Shown here: positions 9,010 through 19,017 of the stretch, piece after piece
Position numbering within the stretch: position 1 is the first letter of the stretch
Layout: the number at the start of each line of letters is the position of its first letter
Assembly (NCBI GenBank): GCA_963772835.1
Contig: CAVYYZ010000012.1
Coordinates: forward strand, 1 to 64,000
DNA from: an uncultured delta proteobacterium
GTDB lineage: Bacteria > Desulfobacterota > Desulfuromonadia > Geobacterales > Pseudopelobacteraceae
DNA length: 64,000 nucleotides
Direction: 5' to 3'
Program-made: the position numbers and the translations under genes
The notes under the pieces: model-generated
Told to the model about the DNA's origin: nothing
Database searches by the model: none
Seen by the model: only the letters and a program-made list of their open reading frames with translations

Positions 9010-10809
9010 TCAGTAATAGAGAAAACTGACTGCCCGTTTAATCATGAATGTGAGCGAGTCGGGGCCGCCCCACCAGATGGTGTCAAACAGGTCGGAGTTT
9101 CTTATTTCCTGCACTACCTTGTGTTTTTCAGCATGCCTCATGATGTGGCTAAGATTGTCACCGGACTTGAACAGATACCCATACTTTTCTTTGAATTCCC
9201 TGACCGAGTTCAAGTTACTTTCTGCCGACTCAGCTTCATCGGAAACATTGACGCCGGGAAGGACACGCCTCGGGGTCAGAAAGACAAGAATCGACTTGTG
9301 TATGTCGCTGGTTTTTTTATTTGAGAACAGGTACTGCACAAGCGGAATATCCATGAGTATCGGCACTCCGTCTTTCCCCTGGACGGTTTCTTTCTCACGG
9401 AGCCCGCTCAGTACCAGAGTCTGACCGTATTTCATGATTACGTTTGCGGTAACTTCGTTTTTTGAAACTTTGACACTCTCGCGAAAGTTTCCGTCAGCTT
9501 CATTTTCAAAAGAAGACCGGCTCACCATCAGGCTGAGCTGAATCGATCCACTCGCCAGAAAAGTCGGAGTAACCTGCAGAGTAATGCCGGTTTCAACCTT
9601 CTCTATACTGCCGGGAGAATCATTCCCCTGTATGGCCACGTTTAGAGTCGACCCGGCGAAAAATCTGGACTCCTTTCCGTCAAGGGCAATGATAGTGGGA
9701 CGAGCCAGAATCTCATTCCTGTTAGAACTGGAGTTGAAGATATTCATGTTATATTCAATTTGAGGGATTGAAATTCTACCGGTAACATTTCTTGTAAAAC
9801 CATTCGGGGTTCCCGAAGATCCCGGTGAAAGCGAAGTGGATAACGTTGCATCTCCGCCGAACTGGAGTTTGAGACCATTTAGAAGGTTTACACCTTTATT
9901 GGTGCTTTCATCTTCTTCTGTTCGAATCATGGTAACGTCTATTACGACCATCTTTTGATCAGGAATGAGACTTTGCGGATCGATCTTGTTTTCCGTTTTG
10001 ATATCTAATGGCAGCGGGACTGACGAATTATCCGCACCGGTCGCTACAGCAGCAACCTGCACACTCTGCTGTGATTTATAGAGTTGCTGCCATTCGCGAA
10101 TCCTTTCTTCAACACGTTCCACCCTCGGGCTCGCCGGTTCGATGGTTCGGAATTCAGCAAGCATCAGGTCGGCTGAGGTGAACTCTCCGAGCGAAGCAGA
10201 AATGACCGCATTACCGCTGATAATGCCGGGATTTTTAGGTCCGAGTTCTTTTGCCCTCAAGATAGCACCGAAAGCGGTCTCCAGATCCCCCTGATAATAC
10301 GACGATTTAGCCAAACCGTACAGCAGGTCAGGATTGTCCGGTTGATACAACAGAGAATACGCGAAGTATTCCTGTGCCTGTTTATAGTTCTGTTTTTTAA
10401 GATAGTAGCGGGCGAGCTGCTGCGACGCGAGGTAGTTGCTTTTATCGAACTTCAGAGCCAGTTCATAGCCGAGCCTGGCTGATTCATACTGTGTTGGCTC
10501 ACCGGCCTCAGCCCGCATATGATACGAGAGGCCGTTCAAAAACTGCAGGTAGGAATTACGGGGGTCGTACCTGAGTGCCTGGTTAAACTGTGAAGATGCC
10601 GTAGCGTAATCCTTCGCAGCGAATGCCCTGACTCCCGTTCTGATTGTCTGGTCGGGAAGACCGGTAACTGACGTTTTAGGGAAAATATCCTCTATGTGGA
10701 GTTCTGAAGATCTATCGGAGCCGTTAACCGGTTGGGAAGCTACCGTTGCACACCCGCTCAACAGCAGGAAAGCACATAAAACTCCATCAGCTAAAAGCCA
10801 ATATCTCAT
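9010..10809 (-). CDS. Lipoprotein-TPR-secretin fusion (type II/III secretion-family outer-membrane secretin)
   Basis: Lipobox LSGC at about aa 17-20, TPR-like repeats at about aa 55-240, then secretin motifs ILARPTIIALDG, TGITLQVTP, GQTLVLSGL, GVPILMDIPLVQYLF and LVFLTPR. Confidence 0.85.
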   Translation of the reverse strand: MRYWLLADGVLCAFLLLSGCATVASQPVNGSDRSSELHIEDIFPKTSVTGLPDQTIRTGVRAFAAKDYATASSQFNQALRYDPRNSYLQFLNGLSYHMRAEAGEPTQYESARLGYELALKFDKSNYLASQQLARYYLKKQNYKQAQEYFAYSLLYQPDNPDLLYGLAKSSYYQGDLETAFGAILRAKELGPKNPGIISGNAVISASLGEFTSADLMLAEFRTIEPASPRVERVEERIREWQQLYKSQQSVQVAAVATGADNSSVPLPLDIKTENKIDPQSLIPDQKMVVIDVTMIRTEEDESTNKGVNLLNGLKLQFGGDATLSTSLSPGSSGTPNGFTRNVTGRISIPQIEYNMNIFNSSSNRNEILARPTIIALDGKESRFFAGSTLNVAIQGNDSPGSIEKVETGITLQVTPTFLASGSIQLSLMVSRSSFENEADGNFRESVKVSKNEVTANVIMKYGQTLVLSGLREKETVQGKDGVPILMDIPLVQYLFSNKKTSDIHKSILVFLTPRRVLPGVNVSDEAESAESNLNSVREFKEKYGYLFKSGDNLSHIMRHAEKHKVVQEIRNSDLFDTIWWGGPDSLTFMIKRAVSFLYY

Positions 10810-10906
10810 TTTCCCACCCTGTATGTTTGAAAATTAAAATAAAATAGCGGCAAGATGCTATTCTCAAAATGAGTGTCCGTCAACATCAGAATAGACACCG
10901 GCCACA

Positions 10907-13900
10907 CTACTCCAGCCCATTGTCCGCAGCCACCTTGTCTGCTTCTTTATCAGCCTTCTCATAGCTGGACTTGAACGCGGCATTAAGCAGGTGAGTAACG
11001 ACCGGTGCGGCGGCGGGAAGGGCTTCCACGGCATCCTTGGCTACAAGCAGAGCCAGGGTATCAAGCTGGTCGGTGTTATACTTCGGATCTGTCAGACTGA
11101 ACGCAAGTCGCAGGTGCTGCGACTTGCCTGCGGCCTCAAAATCAAGACCAAGCACGACAGGTTTTCCGGCCACTGCCTTTTGAAAACTTCCGCTAAGTGA
11201 ACTCCCGGTCAGCTTGAACGTATCGAGACTGTCCAGCGCCTTGAGCCCGGCCTCCAACTGCCCGACACCCAGTTCTGCCCCCTGCGCCAGTTTTTTTGCC
11301 GCATCCAACGTGAGGTTGGCCGTAACCAGGGTGGCTTCCAGTGCAATGACTTCAGGATCAAGGGAAGCAATATCGACCCCCTTTTCTCCTTTTTTGAGCC
11401 CGGCAAGAACCGTTTCGGCAGCCGCCTTGGCTGTCTGCGCGGCCTTCAGTGCCGTTTCATAGGCAGCAATGGTAGCGGCATGCCGGCTGTTGTTCACTTC
11501 GCATTCGGCATCGCGAGCGACATCCGGCACGTCCTTATGTTTGGTGCAATGCCCCCTCCAGTTCCACCAGTAACAGATTTTTATGGAATAGTTACAGCCA
11601 TGGATATCGTCTTTTTCCGAAGCAATTTTCTGATTGAGCGACCCCACACGGTCTGTCAGGTCATTCACCTTTTTCTGAGCCATGGCAATTTGCTGATCGA
11701 CCGTTTTGGCACCTGCATCTGCCCGCTTGCGTGCCTTGCCGAGATCTCCATTCAGCGAATCCACTTTTGTCTTGGCAGTGTCAAAATCCGCGGCCAGTTT
11801 TTTGATATCACTGCCGACGGATTTGAAAACCTCGGCAACGGCTTTTTTGCCCTCACCGCGCAGCCATGCGCCGATGTCGGATTTCAGAGTGGCGTTCAGA
11901 GCCATATCCTGCGACGCCAGTGCGCCGGCAGCCAGACCGGAGACCGGCGTGGCAAAGCCGGCATGCAGATCAAGATTGAGCAATCCGCCGAGATCTAGCG
12001 AGGAAACAACTGCCGTATCCTCAAGCCCGGAATCTATTTCGCCGGAGGCATGCTTGCCCATGATCGTCGCAGTCCCGCGAATCTTGAACTGAGGAGGCTT
12101 CGGCGGCATGGTCCGGGCATTTATATCCAGGCTGTTCCCTTTCAATGCTACCGGGCCGATGGAGAAGTCACTGATGTCTCCGGTCATGACAAGGCTTGAC
12201 TCCGATATCAGGGCCTTGACCCTGGTAAGCGGCTTGTCTTTTAACAGGAACCACAAATCCCCCGCCAGCCGGGTGCCGCCGTCCGGCAATCCCATCTCAG
12301 GCACGTTGGCGCCGGGCGAGGCAAAAGCGATATCAACATTGGTAAACGTTGCATCGGGAAAATCAGCCTTGACCGGTTGCCTTCCCCCCGCCTTAACAGC
12401 ATCATTGAAGAGAGCCATGATATCCGAGAGCGTCAGTTTATCAAGCTTGACCTCGAACGCCCCCTTATCGACCACGCCGCCGATAATCCCGGCATAGCCG
12501 GTCACGTCGGCCTCACGGGAGCCGATATGCGTTTTGCCGACAAAGGTAAGCGTCTGCCCGGAGCTTGCTGCGGTCTTTACTTCGATGCGGCTGCCGGTGT
12601 CCAGTGACAGGCCGTTGATGCCCATGACATTGTGCCATTGGTTGAGAGATTTACCCTGTACGTCAACAGCAACCCCCCCCTGATTGTCCAGTTCAAAAGC
12701 AATCGTAGAATCGAAATCAACGGTCTGTTTGTTCAGCCTGGCGCCGATTACCGTCTCGATAACAACACCCGAGCTTGCAGTGGTTCTCGTGAGAGTGACG
12801 AAGAATGCCGTTCTGGCGTTTGATGGGAGCTTGATAAAGCCGAGCGAGGATGGCAGAGCAACAGCCGGGATTGTCGCAGAGAGTTCGAGCGTTGGGACCC
12901 CGCCTCCGACCACGCCGCCGACGCTCCCCTGAAGCACAACGGTCTGCCCCGGCGGCAGGAAGGTTGTTACTGCAGGTCCCATGGACGAGGGATCTAATTG
13001 AGTAATGAGATTGACGCCGCTCGTGGTACGTATCATGTCGGCAGGAGAGTCAAATATACCCGTAAGCTGCGCCTGGACTTCCGTCGGCAGGTCTCCGATA
13101 CGACCGTTAATGCCGGCACGATTGAGCAGGAGTACCGTTCTCCCCAGTTTCATCTTGCCAAGAACCGGCCGGGCAAATGTCGGCAGCATCATCAGCTTTG
13201 ACAGTTCAACATCGCCAAGCAGGGCCGCCAGGTTCCAGTGTCCTTCATGTTCAAAAGCAACGGCCTGCACATTATGCAGCAACCGCAGCTTCGTACTCTT
13301 CAATGTTCCGCCGATGGCGTGCGAGGATATCAGCAGGTCGCGAAACGTCAGATCGCCTGAGTGCGGAACCGAGGAGAGCTCTGGAATGTCGGCCAGAGAA
13401 ATATCGGCACCCGTCAGCTGAAGCGCCACGTTTGTCTCTCCATCGTTTTTGGCAGCCAGATCGAGAGAGACGATGAGGTTTCTGAGTCTGCCGACATCGG
13501 TTGTACCGGACAGTGCCAGCGTGTTGGCGGTTGCGCCGAGAGAACCTGCAATCCTGACATTGCGAATGGTGAGCCAGACCAAACCAAGAGGCTTTTTCCA
13601 GGCCCCGTGATAATCACCGGAAAGGCTGACCGTGGTGCCGCCGGCATCTTTGATCAGACGCAGGCCGGCATCGAAGACCAACGGGCTGCTGCCGTTGGCG
13701 ATAACGGTGATTTTGGTAACAACAGAGGTGTCGATACCCCTTTCAATCCCCTTCAAAGCCAGATAACCATTATCGAAGGTGACATTGTGTGCGATACCGG
13801 GCAGGGAAAACTTCGGTAGCGCCAGGCGCAGATCAAGAGCATCGAGGAACGGTTGGGCCAGAGCCCCGCCATTAATATTCGAGAAGACGGACCAATCGAT

Positions 13901-16387
13901 AGTACCGGAGACCGGCAGCCCTGTAGGATTGATGCCGAGCTTGTCAAGGAGCAGCGCCGGTTCTCCGGAGACATTTCCGTTGGCGAACACGTTAAGCCCT
14001 TTTCTCAGATCGATTTTCGGAACGCCGATGTGACGGGATACCGCGTCGGGAAGCTTGATCGCGGTGCCTGCATTCTCCGGCGGCACCAGCACAAAGCCGG
14101 GACGCACCAGTTCCAGATCCGCCAGCGGTGTGTCCTGCAATCCGGCCATCATCTTCGGCAGCCTGAAGCTCTCCGTGGAAAGAAAGGCGATATTATTCTT
14201 TGTCTGCCCGGTGCCTTTGAACAGGACTGCGACGAAATTCATTCCCTTGAACGTGAGGTTACCCTGAATAAACCCGTTGCCGAAGGAAACTTCCGTGAGC
14301 AGCAGGGCGTCAAGCCCGGGCACCGACCACCCCAGCATCTGCCCCAAAGAGGTGTCGGTCTGAAGCGTTATCAGGTAGTGAGCCGGGGTGCCGCCAGAAA
14401 GGGTGGCGGTAAAATTCTGTGGTTTACTGCCATGAACCGAGTATTTTCCGGCAAGGGTGAATGAATCGTTGGCTTTCTTCTGTTCATCGATCAGACCGTG
14501 GAACGCTACTTCAGAGACGGCAGCATCTGACATGGGCAACGTGATGACAGAGGCGCCCGGAGTTATAATGCTGCTGGTTATCGTAACGAGGCGGTGTATC
14601 GGGTCGCGATTTATGGTCACTTTATCGAAGTGCACGCCGCTGCCTGCATTGACCTTCAGGCTTGTCATAATTCCGGAAGCAATTTTGCCGGAGACCCCCT
14701 TTATCATAACCGTACTGTCGCCGAACGTCAGGTATGGCGGCTTGCGATCGGTCGTAGCGGCAGGAAGGAGTATCTGCAGACTGATGGCGTTGACAAACGT
14801 ATCGGTCAACGGACTGTCGCCGTCGGCAAGAATGGCGGGGTCGAGATTGCCGGTAATCACCAGCTTCGATGAAGGCAGGCCAACGCTCTGGAGCAGCCCC
14901 CCCACTGTGCCGTGGGCATCGGCATGGGCAATCACATTGAGCCCTGGCTTCACATCAAGTGTCATCATGCCGAAATGGTGCGACACGGCTTCGGGCAGCT
15001 TGACGGCATGGCCGGCATTCTCCGGGGGCACCAGCACGAAGCCGGGACGGGACAAATCCAGATCGGCCAGCGGCGTACCCTGCAGCCCGGTCATCAGCTT
15101 TGGCAGAGTGAACGTTTCGGTGGAGAGAAAAGCGGCATTGTATTTTGTCTGCCCCGCACCTTTGAACAGGACAACGACAAAACTCCTCCCCTTGAGACGA
15201 AGATTCCCCTGAATGTAGCCGTTACCGAAGGAAACGTTTTCAATCACCAGGGCGTTGAGACCCGGCGCCGGCCACCCCAGCAGTTTACCAAGCGTGGTGT
15301 CCGTCTGCACGGTCACCTCATAGCGGGCGGGTGTGCCGCCGGACAGAGTCGCGATAAAGTCCCGCGGCGAACTGCCCTGAACGGAATATTTCCCGGCCAG
15401 CGTGAACAGGTCGTTATCCCTCTTCTGTTCGTCAATCAGACCATGAAAGGTGACTTCCCTGATAGCAGCGTCTGCAATTGGTAAGGTGATAAAATTGGAG
15501 CCCGGGACAGGGGTGCTTGTTATCGTGATCAGGCCTTTTACCGGGTCTCGGTGGATGGTTACCGTGTCGAAGTGTACGCCACTGCCGGCATTCACAGTCA
15601 GACTCGTCGCGATAGTCATTGTGAATTTGCCGGAGTTACCCTTCATCATCAGCGTACTGTCGCCGAAAGTGAGATATGAAGGTTTGCGATCAAGCGCAAG
15701 AGCCGATAATGTGAGCTTCAAATCTATCCCATTAATCAGCTCTTTCTGCAACTGCGGGTTTTTCATGCCGGCCCCGCTCAGTATTCGCGGATCAATCGTT
15801 CCCGTCACGGTAATGTCGTGCAACGGGACACCAATCGCGTGAAGCAGCGCCGCCGTCTGACCTCCAATATTGGCATGGGAGAGAACGGTTGCACCGGCTT
15901 CAAGCTTTATTTGTGTACCGCCTACAAATGGCATTTTCACCGCACCGACCTGCTCGGGCAACTGAATATTTCCGCCTGTGTTTGCCGGGGGTGTCAGCAG
16001 AACAACCAATTGGGGCATTTCAACGTCTGCAACCGCTGCTTCTTTTAACTCCGGAAGAAGCAACATCAGACACTTACCCGGAAAAATCAGTGCAATGTTA
16101 TATTGACGCTGGCTGTCCGACTTGAAGCCGATAACCTCCGGAAAAAGTTCATCAGGAATGTTCTTGATCTGTAGTTTCCCGGAAAAGCGGTTTTTTTCAG
16201 CCGTTGCGTTGACCATGGTGCCACTACCCAGACCGTGGGAATCCCATGCGGCAATATCCTGAAGTGTTTTTGAGGGATCGGCGGCAGCTGCGGGGTCACG
16301 TGCAAGCAACCACAGCCCGACAATTCCTGCGAAAATAAGCCGCCGAGAAACCAAAACAATGAGAACAGACATATTTCCCCCTGTCAT
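10907..16387 (-). CDS. Very large exported hypothetical protein with ~315-aa internal repeats and a C-terminal coiled-coil region
   Basis: Uninterrupted 1826-aa ORF with a Sec-like signal (RR-hydrophobic-PAAAA/DP), repeated blocks and an Ala/Lys heptad region near the C-terminus. Confidence 0.85.
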   Translation of the reverse strand: MTGGNMSVLIVLVSRRLIFAGIVGLWLLARDPAAAADPSKTLQDIAAWDSHGLGSGTMVNATAEKNRFSGKLQIKNIPDELFPEVIGFKSDSQRQYNIALIFPGKCLMLLLPELKEAAVADVEMPQLVVLLTPPANTGGNIQLPEQVGAVKMPFVGGTQIKLEAGATVLSHANIGGQTAALLHAIGVPLHDITVTGTIDPRILSGAGMKNPQLQKELINGIDLKLTLSALALDRKPSYLTFGDSTLMMKGNSGKFTMTIATSLTVNAGSGVHFDTVTIHRDPVKGLITITSTPVPGSNFITLPIADAAIREVTFHGLIDEQKRDNDLFTLAGKYSVQGSSPRDFIATLSGGTPARYEVTVQTDTTLGKLLGWPAPGLNALVIENVSFGNGYIQGNLRLKGRSFVVVLFKGAGQTKYNAAFLSTETFTLPKLMTGLQGTPLADLDLSRPGFVLVPPENAGHAVKLPEAVSHHFGMMTLDVKPGLNVIAHADAHGTVGGLLQSVGLPSSKLVITGNLDPAILADGDSPLTDTFVNAISLQILLPAATTDRKPPYLTFGDSTVMIKGVSGKIASGIMTSLKVNAGSGVHFDKVTINRDPIHRLVTITSSIITPGASVITLPMSDAAVSEVAFHGLIDEQKKANDSFTLAGKYSVHGSKPQNFTATLSGGTPAHYLITLQTDTSLGQMLGWSVPGLDALLLTEVSFGNGFIQGNLTFKGMNFVAVLFKGTGQTKNNIAFLSTESFRLPKMMAGLQDTPLADLELVRPGFVLVPPENAGTAIKLPDAVSRHIGVPKIDLRKGLNVFANGNVSGEPALLLDKLGINPTGLPVSGTIDWSVFSNINGGALAQPFLDALDLRLALPKFSLPGIAHNVTFDNGYLALKGIERGIDTSVVTKITVIANGSSPLVFDAGLRLIKDAGGTTVSLSGDYHGAWKKPLGLVWLTIRNVRIAGSLGATANTLALSGTTDVGRLRNLIVSLDLAAKNDGETNVALQLTGADISLADIPELSSVPHSGDLTFRDLLISSHAIGGTLKSTKLRLLHNVQAVAFEHEGHWNLAALLGDVELSKLMMLPTFARPVLGKMKLGRTVLLLNRAGINGRIGDLPTEVQAQLTGIFDSPADMIRTTSGVNLITQLDPSSMGPAVTTFLPPGQTVVLQGSVGGVVGGGVPTLELSATIPAVALPSSLGFIKLPSNARTAFFVTLTRTTASSGVVIETVIGARLNKQTVDFDSTIAFELDNQGGVAVDVQGKSLNQWHNVMGINGLSLDTGSRIEVKTAASSGQTLTFVGKTHIGSREADVTGYAGIIGGVVDKGAFEVKLDKLTLSDIMALFNDAVKAGGRQPVKADFPDATFTNVDIAFASPGANVPEMGLPDGGTRLAGDLWFLLKDKPLTRVKALISESSLVMTGDISDFSIGPVALKGNSLDINARTMPPKPPQFKIRGTATIMGKHASGEIDSGLEDTAVVSSLDLGGLLNLDLHAGFATPVSGLAAGALASQDMALNATLKSDIGAWLRGEGKKAVAEVFKSVGSDIKKLAADFDTAKTKVDSLNGDLGKARKRADAGAKTVDQQIAMAQKKVNDLTDRVGSLNQKIASEKDDIHGCNYSIKICYWWNWRGHCTKHKDVPDVARDAECEVNNSRHAATIAAYETALKAAQTAKAAAETVLAGLKKGEKGVDIASLDPEVIALEATLVTANLTLDAAKKLAQGAELGVGQLEAGLKALDSLDTFKLTGSSLSGSFQKAVAGKPVVLGLDFEAAGKSQHLRLAFSLTDPKYNTDQLDTLALLVAKDAVEALPAAAPVVTHLLNAAFKSSYEKADKEADKVAADNGLE
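14010..15700 (-). repeat. Intragenic tandem duplication, period ~942-945 bp
   Basis: TTTGAACAGGAC at 15161 and 14216; CGTACTGTCGCCGAA at 15653 and 14711. Boundaries are approximate. Confidence 0.85.
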
Positions 16388-16763
16388 ATAGTCATTAATA
16401 TTTCCGCCGAAATATTAGTCGGATAGAGCCGATTGCATTCGTTAGATCATGGACGGCATAATATAGCAAACATTAATTATTTATGTTCCCAAAGTACACG
16501 TTCACATTTTTACGTTAAACAAGATATAGGGTGACCTGGAGAATGCATCCAAACATACTGCAGATTAATGTTTCCTCGCGGAACTTTGATGGCAGCAATT
16601 CAATTCAATTATGGCATTCCCTGTTCAAATGCCCATTCAGCCTGTTAACGGGTACGGACTGTCCGGGGATACACAGGAGATAACAATAGCGTCGGAATTC
16701 AGGCAGATGGTTACACGATGGTACTGATGGGGGAATAGCCGGTGCGGTTGAGGGGGTGCGAAC

Positions 16764-16798
16764 AAAAAAGGTCACTTCCCCGGAGGAAAATGACCTTT
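16764..16798 (-). terminator. Terminator of tRNA-Glu
   Basis: Minus strand AAAGGTCATTTTCC...GGAAGTGACCTTTTTT. Confidence 0.75.
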
Positions 16799-16806
16799 CT
16801 GATATT

Positions 16807-16884
<78 letters not shown>

Positions 16885-16976
16885 GTATTAAACTTGCCAC
16901 GCTGTTCCATTTAAGGAATCAGGCCCATGAAGCGTGGAAGGAAGAGTTTTATACCCAACAATTCCCTGTAAGTCAA

Positions 16977-17900
16977 TTATTTTTTTGCGGGCGGGTTCAT
17001 TTTATCATCACGCATGGTTATTTCCGGTACATACCAGCGTCTGACGACAAAGATATCCCGGCTCTTCTTACCCCCCGGCCAGTCATTTACCGGGCGGCGG
17101 GTCCGCATGATTCCCGCGATCCGCTGCGACAACGGTGTCAGCACCACCCCGCCGTTTCCCGGCGCGCCGCATGATAGGCGGCTTTCTATGACTGTCTGCC
17201 GGTCGAGCACAATAATGACGTGGCCGTTCCAGACAATCAGATCGAGCGGCCGCAGCAGAGCCGCAATGTCCACACCCCGTTTACCTGCAATCGGCACGCT
17301 CCGGCCAAACCCGATCAGCCGGGAACTGTTGCGGGGGGTCCAGCCGCCGGTGGCGTGATACAGAAGCCCTGAACAGTCCAGTCCGGCGAGTTCACGCTGC
17401 CGAATGTTTTCATCGCCGGTACCGGTATAGAACCAGTCCGTCAATTCGGGCACGCCGTTCGGGACGTTGCCTCCCCAGACATACGGTGCACCGGCCGCCG
17501 ACAGGAGCGCTGCGACTATCGCGTCCAGCGGCGGGAGAACACGCACCCGCGGCGGCGGAGCAGCACCCTCCAACGTGAGAAAGCGGCCGTCAACATAGAG
17601 CCGGACGGAGGGCGGAGCGGGATAGTCATCCGTTGCAACCCGGTAGACATCATTCCCGCCGGAAGATAGTTTTTTCAGGATCGTAAACGCCGTCCCCGGC
17701 AGGGCAATAAATTCAAGCTCCCGCACCTGCCCGCAGCGGTCAACCTTCAGATCCCGGCCGGTTGCCCCGCCAAAGACCGAGTTCACATCCGGCGAATTCA
17801 TGACCGGCGTCGAAATCCGCGCCGTGGCGTACTCAATGGCCTCTGCCGGCATGATGCAGGCAGCTCCGGACAGCATGACGAGTAACAGCAGGCGGATCAT
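16977..17900 (-). CDS. NlpC/P60-family exported peptidoglycan endopeptidase
   Basis: Signal peptide, PYVWGG, GLDCSGL and GHVII catalytic motifs. Confidence 0.85.
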   Translation of the reverse strand: MIRLLLLVMLSGAACIMPAEAIEYATARISTPVMNSPDVNSVFGGATGRDLKVDRCGQVRELEFIALPGTAFTILKKLSSGGNDVYRVATDDYPAPPSVRLYVDGRFLTLEGAAPPPRVRVLPPLDAIVAALLSAAGAPYVWGGNVPNGVPELTDWFYTGTGDENIRQRELAGLDCSGLLYHATGGWTPRNSSRLIGFGRSVPIAGKRGVDIAALLRPLDLIVWNGHVIIVLDRQTVIESRLSCGAPGNGGVVLTPLSQRIAGIMRTRRPVNDWPGGKKSRDIFVVRRWYVPEITMRDDKMNPPAKK

Positions 17901-18718
17901 GGCGAAGAGCGGGAACCGGCCTTACGCACCAGTTCTTTCTGGGCGAAGGTGAGCCGGGGCGAAGCCAGCAGGTCGCGTACGGTGGCGGCCGGGAGTCCCG
18001 GCAGAAAGAGCGTGAACCAGATCAGCGGCGTGCGGGGATTTTTGAGGATGGCCAGGCGGATATTCGGGCGGCTTTTCCAGCGACTGTTCCGGGCAACCAG
18101 CGAAACATTCTCTGATGTTGCATGTGACGACGTCAGGAACTGATGCAGGGAGCCCTCTTTCAGATGCGGATTGTCAAGGCAGATTTCCACGAGCTGCTGC
18201 ACCCCTTCACGGAGCAGCGCCTCCACTATTGCAGCTGTACCGCGCCGCGCCAGTGTCAGCTTGTTTCCGAGCGGCTGGGTCGGTATCATCTGGACGATTT
18301 TACGTTCGGCGGCAATGCGTATGTCGATCGATACCCCGGGGATGAAACAGAGCTTCAGCAGGTCGAAGATATGCAGAAGAGGGAGCAGAGTCTGCGCCAA
18401 ATGGGGCGGAGTATCCGGATGGGCCACGAGGGCGAACTTGACAGGGTACGTGTCAATGAGACGTTTGACCTGGTAGATTGCGGTAATTATCGCACCGACT
18501 CCCCGCCGTTTAAGGATCATCAGCAGATGCTGATGATCGAGGGAAGGGTTGCGCAGGGCGGCGAGCAGGACCTCCTCCCGGTGATCCTGCATGACGGCGA
18601 ACAGGCGGTCCTTGCCGGCCGTGAGGGCCTCTATCCGTGCATCAACCGGATGCAGAGCGGCAGGTGGATCTTCCTGATATGCGGCTGCAGGCGTCTGTAA
18701 CGACGGTTCCTGGGACAT
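17897..18718 (-). CDS. Conserved hypothetical helical-repeat protein
   Basis: Repeated L..NP/HP.TP helical motifs; 4-nt overlap with the NlpC/P60 gene. Start taken at MSQEP. Confidence 0.7.
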   Translation of the reverse strand: MSQEPSLQTPAAAYQEDPPAALHPVDARIEALTAGKDRLFAVMQDHREEVLLAALRNPSLDHQHLLMILKRRGVGAIITAIYQVKRLIDTYPVKFALVAHPDTPPHLAQTLLPLLHIFDLLKLCFIPGVSIDIRIAAERKIVQMIPTQPLGNKLTLARRGTAAIVEALLREGVQQLVEICLDNPHLKEGSLHQFLTSSHATSENVSLVARNSRWKSRPNIRLAILKNPRTPLIWFTLFLPGLPAATVRDLLASPRLTFAQKELVRKAGSRSSP

Positions 18719-19017
18719 GATTCGTTCTCTCTGCTGCAACGGGTGATTGGACGCGTCACTGTAGCACTGCACACTCACCCATCGCAATAATTTTCCCGCC
18801 GCACGGGAGCAGGCATCATACCCGGGGCTATTAACACTGATTTCTAGCAGTTGCGTCGCTGACCGCTTCGTGCTACTAAAGCGTAGCATCTGAAACGATG
18901 CGTATTGCCTTTTGTGGTTCGTGTGCAATTATTCTGCGGTTCATCTACGGGAAAAGCCTGGAAACGGGCGGATCCACCCCACCGTTAACGGGATCGGGAA
19001 GTGACGGCGAGGCTACA

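Noticed and set aside
16453..16468. sigma54-like CGGCATAATATAGCAA near the giant gene
   Set aside because: It is on the wrong strand for the gene and the GG-GC spacing is one base short.
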